DNA of 62,567 nucleotides, the filler included. It is 6 parts of 6 records of this genome, joined end to end, with 100 filler letters (N's around TTAATTAATTAA, not from the genome) between each part and the next. Parts side by side here need not be neighbours in the genome. Positions count along the whole stretch, not along the records: positions 20,883 to 39,568 come from SRR31156797_5853; 5 more parts are not named here. One strand, written 5' to 3'. Made by a program: the position numbers and the translations under genes. The notes beneath the pieces were generated by a model. The model did not search any database, was not told the origin of the DNA, and saw nothing but the letters and a program-made list of their open reading frames with translations. Shown piece after piece: positions 20,884 through 31,497 of this stretch. Within the stretch, counting starts at the first letter, position 1. Each line of letters begins with the position of its first letter.

Positions 20884-22797
20884 AGAGTTTTATTTATTCT
20901 GTTAATAATTGTTATCGGCGCTTGTACAAGTGATAAAAGTAATATCACTGATGATCTTGGAGAAGTAACTGATTCAACAAATGATAATAACTCAACTCTT
21001 CCGGATAACGCTTTGACTGATGAGTCTGATGAAGAACTTATGGTTGAAGAAGATATTGAGGAAGTTGCCGATACTGAAGAAGTTGATGACTACATTGAAC
21101 CTGACGAAGATGTTGATGAAAATTACTATAGCGAGACTTGTGATTGTTTTGGAACTGAATATCCGATCCCAGAGCAGTTTAGAGAAATTCCTGGCTGGTG
21201 TAAGGCTGATGCTGACAGTGACAGCATTCCAAACTGCATAGAAGTTATTGATGGAAACTTCACAAATTCTGATACTGATTCCGATCCGGATTATCTTGAT
21301 ACTGATAGTGACGACGATGGTATCCTGGATTCAGAAGAAGGATATGAAGATATTGATAATGATGATCTTAGCAATTACAGAGACATAGATAGCGATAATG
21401 ACGGTTTTGACGACGGCGTTGAATGCCCTTCAAGTCCATGCGTGGATTCAGATGGTGATACTATCGCTGATTTTATTGATTCAGATAGTGATAATGACGG
21501 CCTTACTGATAAACAGGAAAAAGATCTGGGAACTGATCGTCATAATAAAGATAGTGATAATGACAGTTTTGACGACTTGGCAGAAGTAACTTACGGAAGC
21601 GATCCGCTTGATGATCAGGACGGAATTCCTGAAGAACATTTTTATGTAATTCTGCCCTACAACGCTACGGATGATGAAGCAAGAACTTTAAAGTTCAAAA
21701 CTGACGTTGAAAAGGTCGACATTCTCATTCTTCTTGACCGTTCAAGTTCAATGAGCGGAGAGATCAATAACCTTAAAACAGGAATTAACACTGAGATCGT
21801 TACCAACATCAGCTCAAACATAAATGATGCGGGTTTCGGACTTGCAACTTTTGATGACTGGAAAGGTCTTAACGGAGACAGTATTTTCTCCCTTGTACAG
21901 CCGATCACTACTTCAACTTCAGACATCCAGACTGCGGTAAGTGGAATTTCAAACCTCTCAAGCTGCGGATGGGAACCTCACCATGAGGCACTTTTTCAGG
22001 TAGCTGACGGATCAGGTTATTCAGGAGATTTCACTTTTACAAAACGTACTTCATCAACAAACGCCTGTGACATTACCGGTGACTACACACCTGAAATTCC
22101 AGCTACAGATTGCTCTTTGGCTGAAGGAAACATCGGTGGAGCCTGCTTTAGAAACGACTCCATGCCTATCATCATAATGCTTAGTGATGAAGGCTTTACT
22201 GCTTTTCCAGATGATGTCTTTGCCTGGACTATTGATTATCACGACAAAACTGCGGCTATTAATGCACTTAACGATATTAATGCTAAGTTTATTGGAGTTG
22301 ATTCCTGGGATGCAGCAATGGTGTGGACTCCTTCTCCTGAAGCAGATTTCAAGGAAATAAGCACAGCAACAGGATCAGTTTCCGCAACAACAACTGAACC
22401 TTTTTTCTATAAGATCAATAGTGACGGTTCAGGACTCTCAACTCAGATCAAAGATGCGGTAATGGAACTCACATCAAACATTAAACTTGATGTATGGGTA
22501 GAAGGCGAAAGTGTCGCAAACGCTCAGAATATAAACACTGCTGACTTCATTCAAAGTGGAAAACCTTTCTCTTCTGAGCCTGTTGACAGCTATAGTTCTA
22601 AAGATGACACCAAAATTTTTGCAGTAAATCCGGGAGCTAAAGTGAACTTTGACATGAGGTTTTACAACGATTTCTATGAACCTACAAAAGTTGAAGCTAC
22701 TGTGTTTAAAGCTAAGATCAACGTACTTGGAGACGGAGCTCTTCTTGACACAAGGGAAGTAATAGTAATCGTTCCGGGATCAGATTCCCGAGACTAA
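20884..22797 (+). CDS. Lipoprotein with Ca-binding DxDxDG (TSP3-like) repeats and a VWA domain (5'-partial)
   Basis: The frame is open to the contig edge and reads RVLFILLIIVIGAC (lipobox). It has several D-x-D-x-D-G repeats and an LLDRSSSM MIDAS motif. Confidence 0.8.
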   Translation, partial: RVLFILLIIVIGACTSDKSNITDDLGEVTDSTNDNNSTLPDNALTDESDEELMVEEDIEEVADTEEVDDYIEPDEDVDENYYSETCDCFGTEYPIPEQFREIPGWCKADADSDSIPNCIEVIDGNFTNSDTDSDPDYLDTDSDDDGILDSEEGYEDIDNDDLSNYRDIDSDNDGFDDGVECPSSPCVDSDGDTIADFIDSDSDNDGLTDKQEKDLGTDRHNKDSDNDSFDDLAEVTYGSDPLDDQDGIPEEHFYVILPYNATDDEARTLKFKTDVEKVDILILLDRSSSMSGEINNLKTGINTEIVTNISSNINDAGFGLATFDDWKGLNGDSIFSLVQPITTSTSDIQTAVSGISNLSSCGWEPHHEALFQVADGSGYSGDFTFTKRTSSTNACDITGDYTPEIPATDCSLAEGNIGGACFRNDSMPIIIMLSDEGFTAFPDDVFAWTIDYHDKTAAINALNDINAKFIGVDSWDAAMVWTPSPEADFKEISTATGSVSATTTEPFFYKINSDGSGLSTQIKDAVMELTSNIKLDVWVEGESVANAQNINTADFIQSGKPFSSEPVDSYSSKDDTKIFAVNPGAKVNFDMRFYNDFYEPTKVEATVFKAKINVLGDGALLDTREVIVIVPGSDSRD

Positions 22798-22809
22798 TCA
22801 AGGAAGATC

Positions 22810-24078
22810 ATGAAAAAACGAAAAAAAGTATCTTTAACAACTAAGATCCTCATTGCTCTGATCCTTGGAGCAGTGACCGGCGTCACTCTTAACATCTTTG
22901 CTTCTTTAGGAGCTCAGGACATTATCGGGACATGGCTTACCGGCGGCATCTTTGATCTTGTCGGAAGAATGTTCATCGCTTCGATCAAAATGCTTGTTGT
23001 CCCACTTGTTCTTGTGAGCCTTATAATTGGTGCTGCAGGAATTAGTGACATTAAAAAGCTTGGCCGAGTTGGCGGTAAAACACTTCTTTTCTATGTTTCG
23101 ACAACAGCCATCGCAATCACAATTGCTTTAAGTCTATCCTACATCACAAATCCTGGAAAAGGATTTAACCTTGGAGATGAACTGACAAAAAGTGAAGTTG
23201 CAAAGACGCAAGCCCCAACACTTGTTGATACGATCGCAGGAATTGTTCCTTCAAATCCATTCACGGCTTTTTCAGATGGAAAGATGCTTCAAGTCATCTT
23301 TTTTGCTCTTATCTTCGGCTTTGCAATGGCGGTGCTTGGAGACAAGGTGGCAACTGTAAGAAAAGGTCTTAGCGAGCTAAATGAGATCATTATGGAAATG
23401 GTCATGATGATCATGAAAGTAGCTCCGTACGGAGTTTTTGCGCTCGTTGCAAATGTTTTTGCTAAAGAGGGCTTTTCTGCATTCATTCCACTTTTAAAGT
23501 ATATTTTTACAGTTTTCCTGGCACTTTTCATTCACTTTTCTGTGACCTACAGTTTGAGTCTCAAGTTCTTTGCAAAACTTTCACCACTAAAATTCGTAAA
23601 GAAATTCTACCCCACAATGCTTGTCGCCTTTTCAACAGCTTCAAGTAATGCAACACTTCCAATAACGATGGAAACCGCGGAAAAAGAACTTGGAGTTTCA
23701 AAAAAAATAGCATCGTTCACGCTTCCACTTGGAGCAACCGTAAATATGGATGGAACTGCCATCATGCAGGGAGCGGCCGTAGTTTTTATTTCGCAGGCTT
23801 ACGGAATTGAACTTACTCTCGCTAATCTTGCCATTGTTGTTCTGACGGCAACTCTCGCATCAATTGGAACAGCAGGCGTTCCCGGAGTCGGACTAATAAC
23901 ACTTTCCATGGTTCTAAAAGAAGCTGGACTTCCTATTGAAGGAATAGCACTCATAATGGGAATTGACAGAATCCTCGACATGACAAGAACTGCCGTGAAT
24001 ATCTCAGGCGACACCATAGTTTCGCTCATTGTTGCTAAAAGCGAAGGCGAACTCAATGAAAAGGTGTTTGAATCCTGA
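22810..24078 (+). CDS. Dicarboxylate/amino acid:cation symporter (DAACS)
   Basis: AFSTASSNATLP, LPLGATVNMDG, IDRILDMTRTAVN. Confidence 0.93.
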   Translation: MKKRKKVSLTTKILIALILGAVTGVTLNIFASLGAQDIIGTWLTGGIFDLVGRMFIASIKMLVVPLVLVSLIIGAAGISDIKKLGRVGGKTLLFYVSTTAIAITIALSLSYITNPGKGFNLGDELTKSEVAKTQAPTLVDTIAGIVPSNPFTAFSDGKMLQVIFFALIFGFAMAVLGDKVATVRKGLSELNEIIMEMVMMIMKVAPYGVFALVANVFAKEGFSAFIPLLKYIFTVFLALFIHFSVTYSLSLKFFAKLSPLKFVKKFYPTMLVAFSTASSNATLPITMETAEKELGVSKKIASFTLPLGATVNMDGTAIMQGAAVVFISQAYGIELTLANLAIVVLTATLASIGTAGVPGVGLITLSMVLKEAGLPIEGIALIMGIDRILDMTRTAVNISGDTIVSLIVAKSEGELNEKVFES

Positions 24079-24145
24079 CAAATTTGAATAAATCCTAAAA
24101 TTATAGTAGAAAGAATCAGGTTTATTATTTAATCTGGAGATCATT

Positions 24146-25432
24146 ATGAAAAAGAATGTTAAAAGTCTCGCAAAAGACCTTATTAGTTTCCTCGATAAAT
24201 CACCCACAGCTTTTCAAGCCACATCAAATATTGAGAAAAAGCTCAAAGCTGCCGGATTTAAAGAGGCAAAAGAAGAAAACGCATGGAAATTCAAGGCTGG
24301 CGACAAAGCTTTTGTCAAAAGAAACGATTCATCTCTTATCGCTTTTATTATTGGAGACGAAAAACCTTTTAAAACAGGTTTTAAGATCGCCGGAGCTCAT
24401 ACTGACAGCCCTCTTTTAAAGCTTAAAGCTGAAGGCGAAAGCAAATCAGCAGGATGTGTAAGAGTTGCCACTGAAGTTTACGGCGGACCTCTTATCACAA
24501 CATGGTTTGACAGAGATCTCGGTATTGCCGGAAGAGTTATGGTAAAAAAGAATGGTAAATTCCAGTCAAAAATGGTTTTCATTGATAAACCTGTTGCGTT
24601 AATACCAAGTGTTGCGATCCATCTTAACCGTGAAGCGAACAAGGGCTTTGAATTTAACAGACAGAATCATCTTCAGATAATTTTAAGTTCAGACAGTAAA
24701 GCGAAAGATGTTCTAAAAACTCTTATCGCTGACAAAATTAAAGAAGATCCTAAGAATATTCACTCAATGGACGTTTATGCTGTTGATCTTCAAAAAGGCG
24801 GGTTCAATGGTCTTGATGATGAACTTTTCAGTTGCGGCAGACTTGATAACCTTCAGATGTGTCACGCGATCCTTGGATCTTTTCTTGCTGTAGAATCTCC
24901 TAAAGCTACAACCGTTGCAGCATTTTATGACAACGAAGAGATCGGTTCAAAAACTCCGATGGGAGCTGATTCAAATTTCATGCTTGCAACACTTAACCGT
25001 ATAGTTGCTGTAACATCAAATGGAAAAGATGATTACTTCCGTGCAATTTCAAACAGCTTTCTTATCAGTGCTGACGGAGCACATGCAGTTCATCCGAATT
25101 TTGCTGAAAAACATGACCCTGCCTATATGCCTAAACTAAACAAAGGTCCGGTAATAAAAATGAGTGCTTCTTTTAGATATGCCACAACCTCAGAAACCAG
25201 TGCGGAATTTGAAAGGATCTGTGAAAAGGCAAAAGTTCCTTTCCAGAAAATGGCAAACCGTTCAGATGTCCCTTCAGGCAGCACAATTGGTCCAATGAGC
25301 ACAGCGACTCTTGGAATAAAGGGAATTGATATTGGAAACGCAATGTGGGCAATGCACTCAGTTCGTGAAACTGCAGGAACACTTGACCACTGGTATATGT
25401 ACGAAGCACTTAAATTCTTTTACGGGGAGTAA
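24146..25432 (+). CDS. apeB: M18 family aspartyl aminopeptidase
   Basis: GAHTDSP, RLDN, DNEEIGS, SADGAHAVHPN, GSTIGP, MHSVRE. Confidence 0.92.
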   Translation: MKKNVKSLAKDLISFLDKSPTAFQATSNIEKKLKAAGFKEAKEENAWKFKAGDKAFVKRNDSSLIAFIIGDEKPFKTGFKIAGAHTDSPLLKLKAEGESKSAGCVRVATEVYGGPLITTWFDRDLGIAGRVMVKKNGKFQSKMVFIDKPVALIPSVAIHLNREANKGFEFNRQNHLQIILSSDSKAKDVLKTLIADKIKEDPKNIHSMDVYAVDLQKGGFNGLDDELFSCGRLDNLQMCHAILGSFLAVESPKATTVAAFYDNEEIGSKTPMGADSNFMLATLNRIVAVTSNGKDDYFRAISNSFLISADGAHAVHPNFAEKHDPAYMPKLNKGPVIKMSASFRYATTSETSAEFERICEKAKVPFQKMANRSDVPSGSTIGPMSTATLGIKGIDIGNAMWAMHSVRETAGTLDHWYMYEALKFFYGE

Positions 25433-25434
25433 CG

Positions 25435-26208
25435 ATGAATTTTGCTGTTGATATTGGAAACTCAAACACTGTTATCGGCCTCTACAGAAATAACGAAATA
25501 ATTAAAAGATGGAGAATAACCACTGACAGGTCTCAGACCGTTGATGACATTTCTTCAAAAATCCATTCACTTATGTCTTTTTCAGGAATTACGGTTTCAG
25601 ACATCTCAGAATGTGTGATAAGTTCCGTTGTTCCAATGTGGAATCATACATGGGAACGTTTTTCCATAGAATTCCTGGATAAACAAGCTATCTTTGTTTC
25701 ATCAAAACTTGATTCAGGAATTACTCTTGATGTTGATAATCCAAAAGAAGTTGGAGCAGATAGAATTGCCAACGCTGTTGCATCTTCAGAAAAATTCAAA
25801 CAGGGTGCTTTCATTGTTGATTCAGGAACTGCCATCACTCTTGATATAATCACTCCAGATAGAAAATACATTGGCGGAGCGATTATGCCTGGCATTCTGC
25901 TTTCAATGGACGCTCTTTCAAAAGGGACCGCTAAACTTCCAAGATTCGAGCTTAACATGCCTGATACTGCCATTGGAAGAAGCACTTTGGAAGGACTTAA
26001 AAGCGGTGTATTCTACGGATTTGTAGGAATGATCGACAGGGTTATTGAAGAATCGTTAAAACAGATCGATTTTAAACCGGAAATTATTGCTACCGGAGGA
26101 CTTGCTGGAGCAATTACGACCGGATCAAAATTCATAACTCAGTTTGACCGCGACCTCACACTGGACGGTTTAAACTTTATCGCTAATCGCTATAGAGGAA
26201 CAAAGTAA
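25435..26208 (+). CDS. coaX: Type III pantothenate kinase
   Basis: VDIGNSN, GADR, VDSGTAIT, GGAIMPG, ATGG. Confidence 0.93.
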   Translation: MNFAVDIGNSNTVIGLYRNNEIIKRWRITTDRSQTVDDISSKIHSLMSFSGITVSDISECVISSVVPMWNHTWERFSIEFLDKQAIFVSSKLDSGITLDVDNPKEVGADRIANAVASSEKFKQGAFIVDSGTAITLDIITPDRKYIGGAIMPGILLSMDALSKGTAKLPRFELNMPDTAIGRSTLEGLKSGVFYGFVGMIDRVIEESLKQIDFKPEIIATGGLAGAITTGSKFITQFDRDLTLDGLNFIANRYRGTK

Positions 26209-27272
26209 TGTGGAGAAAAGCTCAAAATAGTCTTCAGAAAAAAGCAGTTATTGACGGACTTCTTCCAATTACGGGAGATGAATATCTCAAGGCGATGGTT
26301 CACTTTGCCGGAGACGATGATGAGGATGTCTGGCAAAGGGCTATTGGAAAACTAAAAGAATACAAAAATATAGAGATCAAGAAACACATTAACTCGGAAC
26401 TTCCCGACAACTCAATTCTTGCTCTTTTAAAACTTGCCGGTGAAAGAAAAGATGCATCTCTTTTTATCTTTCTTCTTGAAACAGGGAAATTAAAACATCA
26501 GTGGATCTTTGACTACCTGGCCATCGAAGATGAAATTTTTTGGAAAACACTTATTACCCATAAAGATTTTATTGTTTTCTCAGCTCCTAAGAGTGATGAT
26601 TTCATTTCGTTCTTTGTTCAGTTCAGTGCTGTTCTTGCGGACCTTTACATTGAGCAGAGCGGCTACCTTTCAGATGCTGAAAAAGAAAAAGTATCTGATG
26701 AAGCCAAAGAAGCCGAAAAAGAAGCAAAGAAGGAGCAGGAGCAACCAGCAGACGAAAAGACCGAGGATGATGACGAACCTCTTGTTCTTGGTGAAGATGA
26801 CTTTGATTTTCCTGACTTTCTTCTTTCTGATTCAGCCTTTGAAGGACTTAAAGCTGAAGATATTAGTGAAAAAAGACAAACAACTATCCAGATCCTAAAC
26901 GACCTTTCAATGGGTCAGAAAATTAAGGCTGCTATGATGGGAAATCTTGAAGTAAGAAAAATTCTTATTAAAGACCCGAAAAAACAGGTTGCTCTTGCTG
27001 TTTTAAATAATCAGAGAATAACAGTGAAAGAAGTTGCAGGTATTGCATCAGATGCGGCTGCTCCTCTTGAAGTAATAACATATATTGCTCAAGTTAAAGC
27101 ACTTTCAAAAAGTTATCAGGTAAAGCTCAACCTAGTTATGAACCCTAAAACTCCAATAAAAATTGCCTTGGGATTTCTTGATGTTCTACGTCTTAAAGAT
27201 ATTAAGACGATCGCAAAAAGCAGAAAAATGTCTGCAATAATCAAGATGAAAGCAATGAAAAAAATACGATGA
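26208..27272 (+). CDS. Hypothetical protein with acidic linker and helical-repeat C-terminus
   Basis: Long operonic ORF. The C-terminal KIKAAMMGN..VRKILIKD...LVMNPKTP resembles a deltaproteobacterial conserved hypothetical family (from recollection). Confidence 0.65.
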   Translation: MWRKAQNSLQKKAVIDGLLPITGDEYLKAMVHFAGDDDEDVWQRAIGKLKEYKNIEIKKHINSELPDNSILALLKLAGERKDASLFIFLLETGKLKHQWIFDYLAIEDEIFWKTLITHKDFIVFSAPKSDDFISFFVQFSAVLADLYIEQSGYLSDAEKEKVSDEAKEAEKEAKKEQEQPADEKTEDDDEPLVLGEDDFDFPDFLLSDSAFEGLKAEDISEKRQTTIQILNDLSMGQKIKAAMMGNLEVRKILIKDPKKQVALAVLNNQRITVKEVAGIASDAAAPLEVITYIAQVKALSKSYQVKLNLVMNPKTPIKIALGFLDVLRLKDIKTIAKSRKMSAIIKMKAMKKIR

Positions 27273-28450
27273 CAAATGAAGTTGCTGTTCCTGTATCCTT
27301 TCTTGTAAATGAAATAAAACAAGGTGTCGAAGGCGCTTTTGGTTTTGTTGCAGTAACTGGAGAGCTTACAAACCTAAGTAAAGCTTATTCAGGACATGTC
27401 TATTTTTCACTTAAAGATGACCGATCTCAGATCCGATGCGCACTTTTTAAAGGACAGCAGAAGATAAATAAGGCAGAACTTAGAAATGATGAAGAGTATA
27501 TAGTTTATGGAAGAGTCTCTGTCTATGAGCCGAGAACTGAAATTACACTGATCGTAAATCTTATAATGCCTGTGGGCGAAGGACTCGCTGCGATCAAACT
27601 CCGTATGCTTAAAGAAAAGTTATCAAAGATGGGACTTTTTGATGAAAGATATAAAAAAGAACTACCAGAATATCCTGAAACAATAGGGGTTGTAACAGCA
27701 CAAGGTGGGGCTGCCATCCATGACATTATTAATGTTTCAAGAAAGAGGTTTCCACCGGCGAGTATCGTTCTTTCTCCATCTTCTGTTCAGGGAGAAAAAG
27801 CCGAAAATGAACTTGTACATGCGCTTGAAAAGCTAATAGAGACAAAAGATATTGATGTAATAATTATCGGCCGCGGAGGGGGATCAAAAGAAGATCTTGA
27901 TGCATTTAACAGTGAAAAACTAGCCAAAACGGTTGCGCACTGTCCAATCCCGGTCGTAAGTGCAGTCGGACATGAAACAGATTCAACGATCCTTGACCTT
28001 GTCGCGAGCAGATCTGTTTCAACCCCTTCAGCTGCTGCAGAACTAATTTTTCCCGAAAGCATATCTATTGACCACAAACTGTGGACAGATGAAATATCAA
28101 TGAAAAGAAACGTTGTCTCTAAACTTGATACACTTGAAATGCAGCTTGATAACCTCATGCTTTCCATGAAAAGCCCGTTGCAGGTTATTGACCAGGTTCT
28201 TCATAGAACAGAAAAACTGATAATGAATGCTGAAACCAAGATCAGAGATAGGATATTTAACTCTCTTCAACATCTTCAAAGGCAGGAACTTATGCTTGAA
28301 AAGAACAATCCCCTCTCCCCTCTTGAAAGAGGTTTCGCAATAATTGAACAAAACAGAACAATGACCAAAAGATTGAATTCATTCAATGAGTTAGAAAGCT
28401 TTTCAGTCACATTTAAAGATGGAAAAGTTAAGATAAAAGGTCGAAAGTAA
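27269..28450 (+). CDS. xseA: Exodeoxyribonuclease VII large subunit
   Basis: SGHVYFSLKD, GAAIHD, RGGGSKEDL, SAVGHETD, TPSAAAE. Confidence 0.95.
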   Translation: MTNEVAVPVSFLVNEIKQGVEGAFGFVAVTGELTNLSKAYSGHVYFSLKDDRSQIRCALFKGQQKINKAELRNDEEYIVYGRVSVYEPRTEITLIVNLIMPVGEGLAAIKLRMLKEKLSKMGLFDERYKKELPEYPETIGVVTAQGGAAIHDIINVSRKRFPPASIVLSPSSVQGEKAENELVHALEKLIETKDIDVIIIGRGGGSKEDLDAFNSEKLAKTVAHCPIPVVSAVGHETDSTILDLVASRSVSTPSAAAELIFPESISIDHKLWTDEISMKRNVVSKLDTLEMQLDNLMLSMKSPLQVIDQVLHRTEKLIMNAETKIRDRIFNSLQHLQRQELMLEKNNPLSPLERGFAIIEQNRTMTKRLNSFNELESFSVTFKDGKVKIKGRK

Positions 28451-28463
28451 ATGAGGATAGATA

Positions 28464-30068
28464 ATGCAATTAAAAGATGAGATCAGACGACGCAAAACTT
28501 TTGCGATCATAAGTCACCCCGATGCCGGAAAAACAACACTTACTGAAAAATTACTTCTTTTCGGTGGACAGCTTCTCACAGCAGGAGCGGTGAAGTCAAA
28601 TAAGATCAGAAAGAACACTGCATCGGATTTTATGGAAATAGAGCGCCAGAGAGGAATTTCAGTTTCAACCTCTGTAATGAGTTTTGAGTATTCGGGATTA
28701 AAGATCAACATCCTTGATACTCCCGGGCATAAAGATTTCTCCGAGGATACATACAGAACTTTGACAGCTGTTGACAGTGTTATTCTTATTGTTGATTCAG
28801 TTAAAGGTGTGGAGTCGCAAACGGAAGCATTGATGAATGTCTGCCGCATGAGAAATACTCCGGTCATTATTTTTGTCAACAAGCTTGATCGTGAAGGCCA
28901 GGATCCTTTTGATCTAATGGATGAGATAGAAAAGAAACTGGATATCAAGGTCTGTCCTCTATCCTGGCCGATCAGTAAAGGAAAAACGTTCAAAGGTGTT
29001 TACAACATCTATAAACATAGCTTAAATCTCTTTGTCCCGGATTCTCAAAAGATCGTAAAAGATATCCTTGAGATCAAAGATCTAAATGAGCCTGATCTTG
29101 ACGAAATTGTCGAAAGCCATCACGCAGCTCAACTACGTGAAGACACTGAGCTTATCGAAGGCATTTATGATAAGTTTGATAAAAATGATTACCTTAACGC
29201 ATCTATTGCCCCTGTTTTTTTTGGAAGTGCACTAAACAGCTTCGGCGTAAATGAGCTTCTTGATACTTTTTGCGAAATAGCCCCTGGACCGCTTTTACGC
29301 AAGACGGATAAACGGGAAGTAATGCCTGAAGAAAATAGTTTAACAGGTTTTATTTTCAAGATACATGCAAACCTTGACCCTAGACATCGAAACAGAATGG
29401 CTTTTTTAAGAATTTGTTCGGGTGTTTTTAAAAAGAGCACATATTATCATCACGTCAGACTTAATAAAAAAATGAAATTCAATGCTCCTGCAAGTTTTGT
29501 AGGACAGAAAAAAGAATCTGTTGAAGAGGCATATCCCGGTGACGTTGTTGCACTTTATGATGTGGGGAATTTTAAGATCGGAGACTCTTTGACCGAGGGT
29601 GAAGAGATGAGCTTTAAAGGGGTTCCTTCATTCAGTCCTGAAATTTTCAAACTTCTTGAAAACAAATCTTTTGAGAAAAGAAAACAACTTGATAAAGGTA
29701 TACTTCAGCTTTCAGAAGAAGGAGTGGTCCAGCTTTTTATTCAGGATGATGGACGAAGAAAAATTATCGGAACTGTTGGACAGTTGCAGTTTGAAGTTTT
29801 ACAGCACAGACTTTTAAATGAGTATGGAGCTAACTGTAGCTTTTCTCATCTGAATTATTCAAAAGCATGTTGGATCACTTCTAAAGATCAATCAAAGATC
29901 GATGAATTCTGCAAATTCAAGCGTAACCAGATCGCTAAAGATAAAGATAACAATCTTGTGTTCTTTTCTGATTCAGACTGGATGCTGCAACACCATATAA
30001 AAGACAATCCGGGAATTGAATTTCATATGACATCTGAATTTAAAACAGATAAAGATAACCATGGATAA
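28464..30068 (+). CDS. prfC: Peptide chain release factor 3
   Basis: [33 protein letters not shown]. Confidence 0.97.
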   Translation: MQLKDEIRRRKTFAIISHPDAGKTTLTEKLLLFGGQLLTAGAVKSNKIRKNTASDFMEIERQRGISVSTSVMSFEYSGLKINILDTPGHKDFSEDTYRTLTAVDSVILIVDSVKGVESQTEALMNVCRMRNTPVIIFVNKLDREGQDPFDLMDEIEKKLDIKVCPLSWPISKGKTFKGVYNIYKHSLNLFVPDSQKIVKDILEIKDLNEPDLDEIVESHHAAQLREDTELIEGIYDKFDKNDYLNASIAPVFFGSALNSFGVNELLDTFCEIAPGPLLRKTDKREVMPEENSLTGFIFKIHANLDPRHRNRMAFLRICSGVFKKSTYYHHVRLNKKMKFNAPASFVGQKKESVEEAYPGDVVALYDVGNFKIGDSLTEGEEMSFKGVPSFSPEIFKLLENKSFEKRKQLDKGILQLSEEGVVQLFIQDDGRRKIIGTVGQLQFEVLQHRLLNEYGANCSFSHLNYSKACWITSKDQSKIDEFCKFKRNQIAKDKDNNLVFFSDSDWMLQHHIKDNPGIEFHMTSEFKTDKDNHG

Positions 30069-30076
30069 AGAAAAGA

Positions 30077-31447
30077 TCAAAGGCTAAGAACAACCTTTGC
30101 AACATTAAAGTAGATTATCAATCCGGTGAAATCCACGATAGTTGTGATCGCAGGCATCGCTACAACTGCCGGATCGAGCTTGAATTTTGAAGCGATCATT
30201 GGAAGGCTCGCACCAATGAGTGTTGCTGAGATAACCTGAAAAGCCATCGAAAGCGACACTGCTAGTGAGATCTTCCAGATAGGGAAGTTCGGATCCTTAA
30301 ATCCTAAAACATAGAAACTGACATACATGATCAAAAAGAGAATTGTACCAACCAGCAAAGAGATAAGAAACTCTTTAAAAAATGCCTTTATAAAATCGGA
30401 ATCTTCCAATGTGTCAAGTGTTAAGGATCTCAGAACCATACTGGCTGACTGCGCTCCGGTATTTCCTCCCGCTCCATTAAGTAATGGAAAAAAGAAAGCC
30501 AGGATCACGACCTGAGACAGAACATCTTCATAGTGACCGATAACTTTTGAAGAAACGATCCCCAAAAAGAAAAGAATTATAATCCATGGAATTCTCTTTT
30601 TAAAGTGAACAAGAACAGGCACATCAAGATAATCTCTATCTTCAACTTCACCTGAGATAGCCATCATTCTTTCAACATCTTCCGTCTGTTCTTCCTTAAT
30701 AATATCAATAACATCATCGTAAGTGATAATTCCGTTAAGCACACCGTTCTCATCAACGATCGGGATAGCCATAACATCATATTCTTCAATAAGCTTTGCG
30801 ACCACTTCCTGATCCTCATGGACATCCGCCGTTATAAGGTCCGTGCTCATAATATCCTTAATAAGATCGGTCGGCTTTGAAAGCACAGCATCCTTAAGAG
30901 TGATCATTCCCTGCAACGATTCATTCTCGTCAACAATGTAGATATAATAGATAGTTTCTTTTGATGAACCGTATTCACGAAGATAGAAAAACACGTCTTC
31001 AACAGTCTGATCAATGTAGCAGTACATATAGTCAGTACTCATTTCAGCACCGGCTGTACCTTCTTCATAGGAGATCAGATCTTCGACATCTTCCTTATCC
31101 TCTTTTTCAAGAAGTGCAATAAGTCTTGAATAGGTCTCGTCATCTAACGCTTTAAAAAGATCAGCTCTATCATCAGAAGAAAAAGCTTCAAGCAGTATCT
31201 TTACAGAATTATCATCACCCTGCTGAAGAATATCCATCTGGTCTTCGATCTCAAAATAACTAAAGATAGATCCAGCTTCGTCAACATCCAGAAGCTTGAT
31301 AATAAACCAGATATCTTCCGGTTTAAGTTCTTCAAGAAATTCTGCAGACTGTTTGGGGTGAAAATCAGTAAAAAACTCCTTGAGAGTTTCAACGTCCTTT
31401 TCTTTGATAAGTCTTTTAAACTCAGGTATAAGAATGATGTGGGCCAT
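30077..31447 (-). CDS. mgtE: Magnesium transporter MgtE
   Basis: N domain, CBS pair, GGNTGAQS, DPA...ITTIVD. Confidence 0.95.
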   Translation of the reverse strand: MAHIILIPEFKRLIKEKDVETLKEFFTDFHPKQSAEFLEELKPEDIWFIIKLLDVDEAGSIFSYFEIEDQMDILQQGDDNSVKILLEAFSSDDRADLFKALDDETYSRLIALLEKEDKEDVEDLISYEEGTAGAEMSTDYMYCYIDQTVEDVFFYLREYGSSKETIYYIYIVDENESLQGMITLKDAVLSKPTDLIKDIMSTDLITADVHEDQEVVAKLIEEYDVMAIPIVDENGVLNGIITYDDVIDIIKEEQTEDVERMMAISGEVEDRDYLDVPVLVHFKKRIPWIIILFFLGIVSSKVIGHYEDVLSQVVILAFFFPLLNGAGGNTGAQSASMVLRSLTLDTLEDSDFIKAFFKEFLISLLVGTILFLIMYVSFYVLGFKDPNFPIWKISLAVSLSMAFQVISATLIGASLPMIASKFKLDPAVVAMPAITTIVDFTGLIIYFNVAKVVLSL

Positions 31448-31497
31448 AACCTCTTCCCCAGACTGCTTATAACACCTAGATTATGTACAAAACGGTA

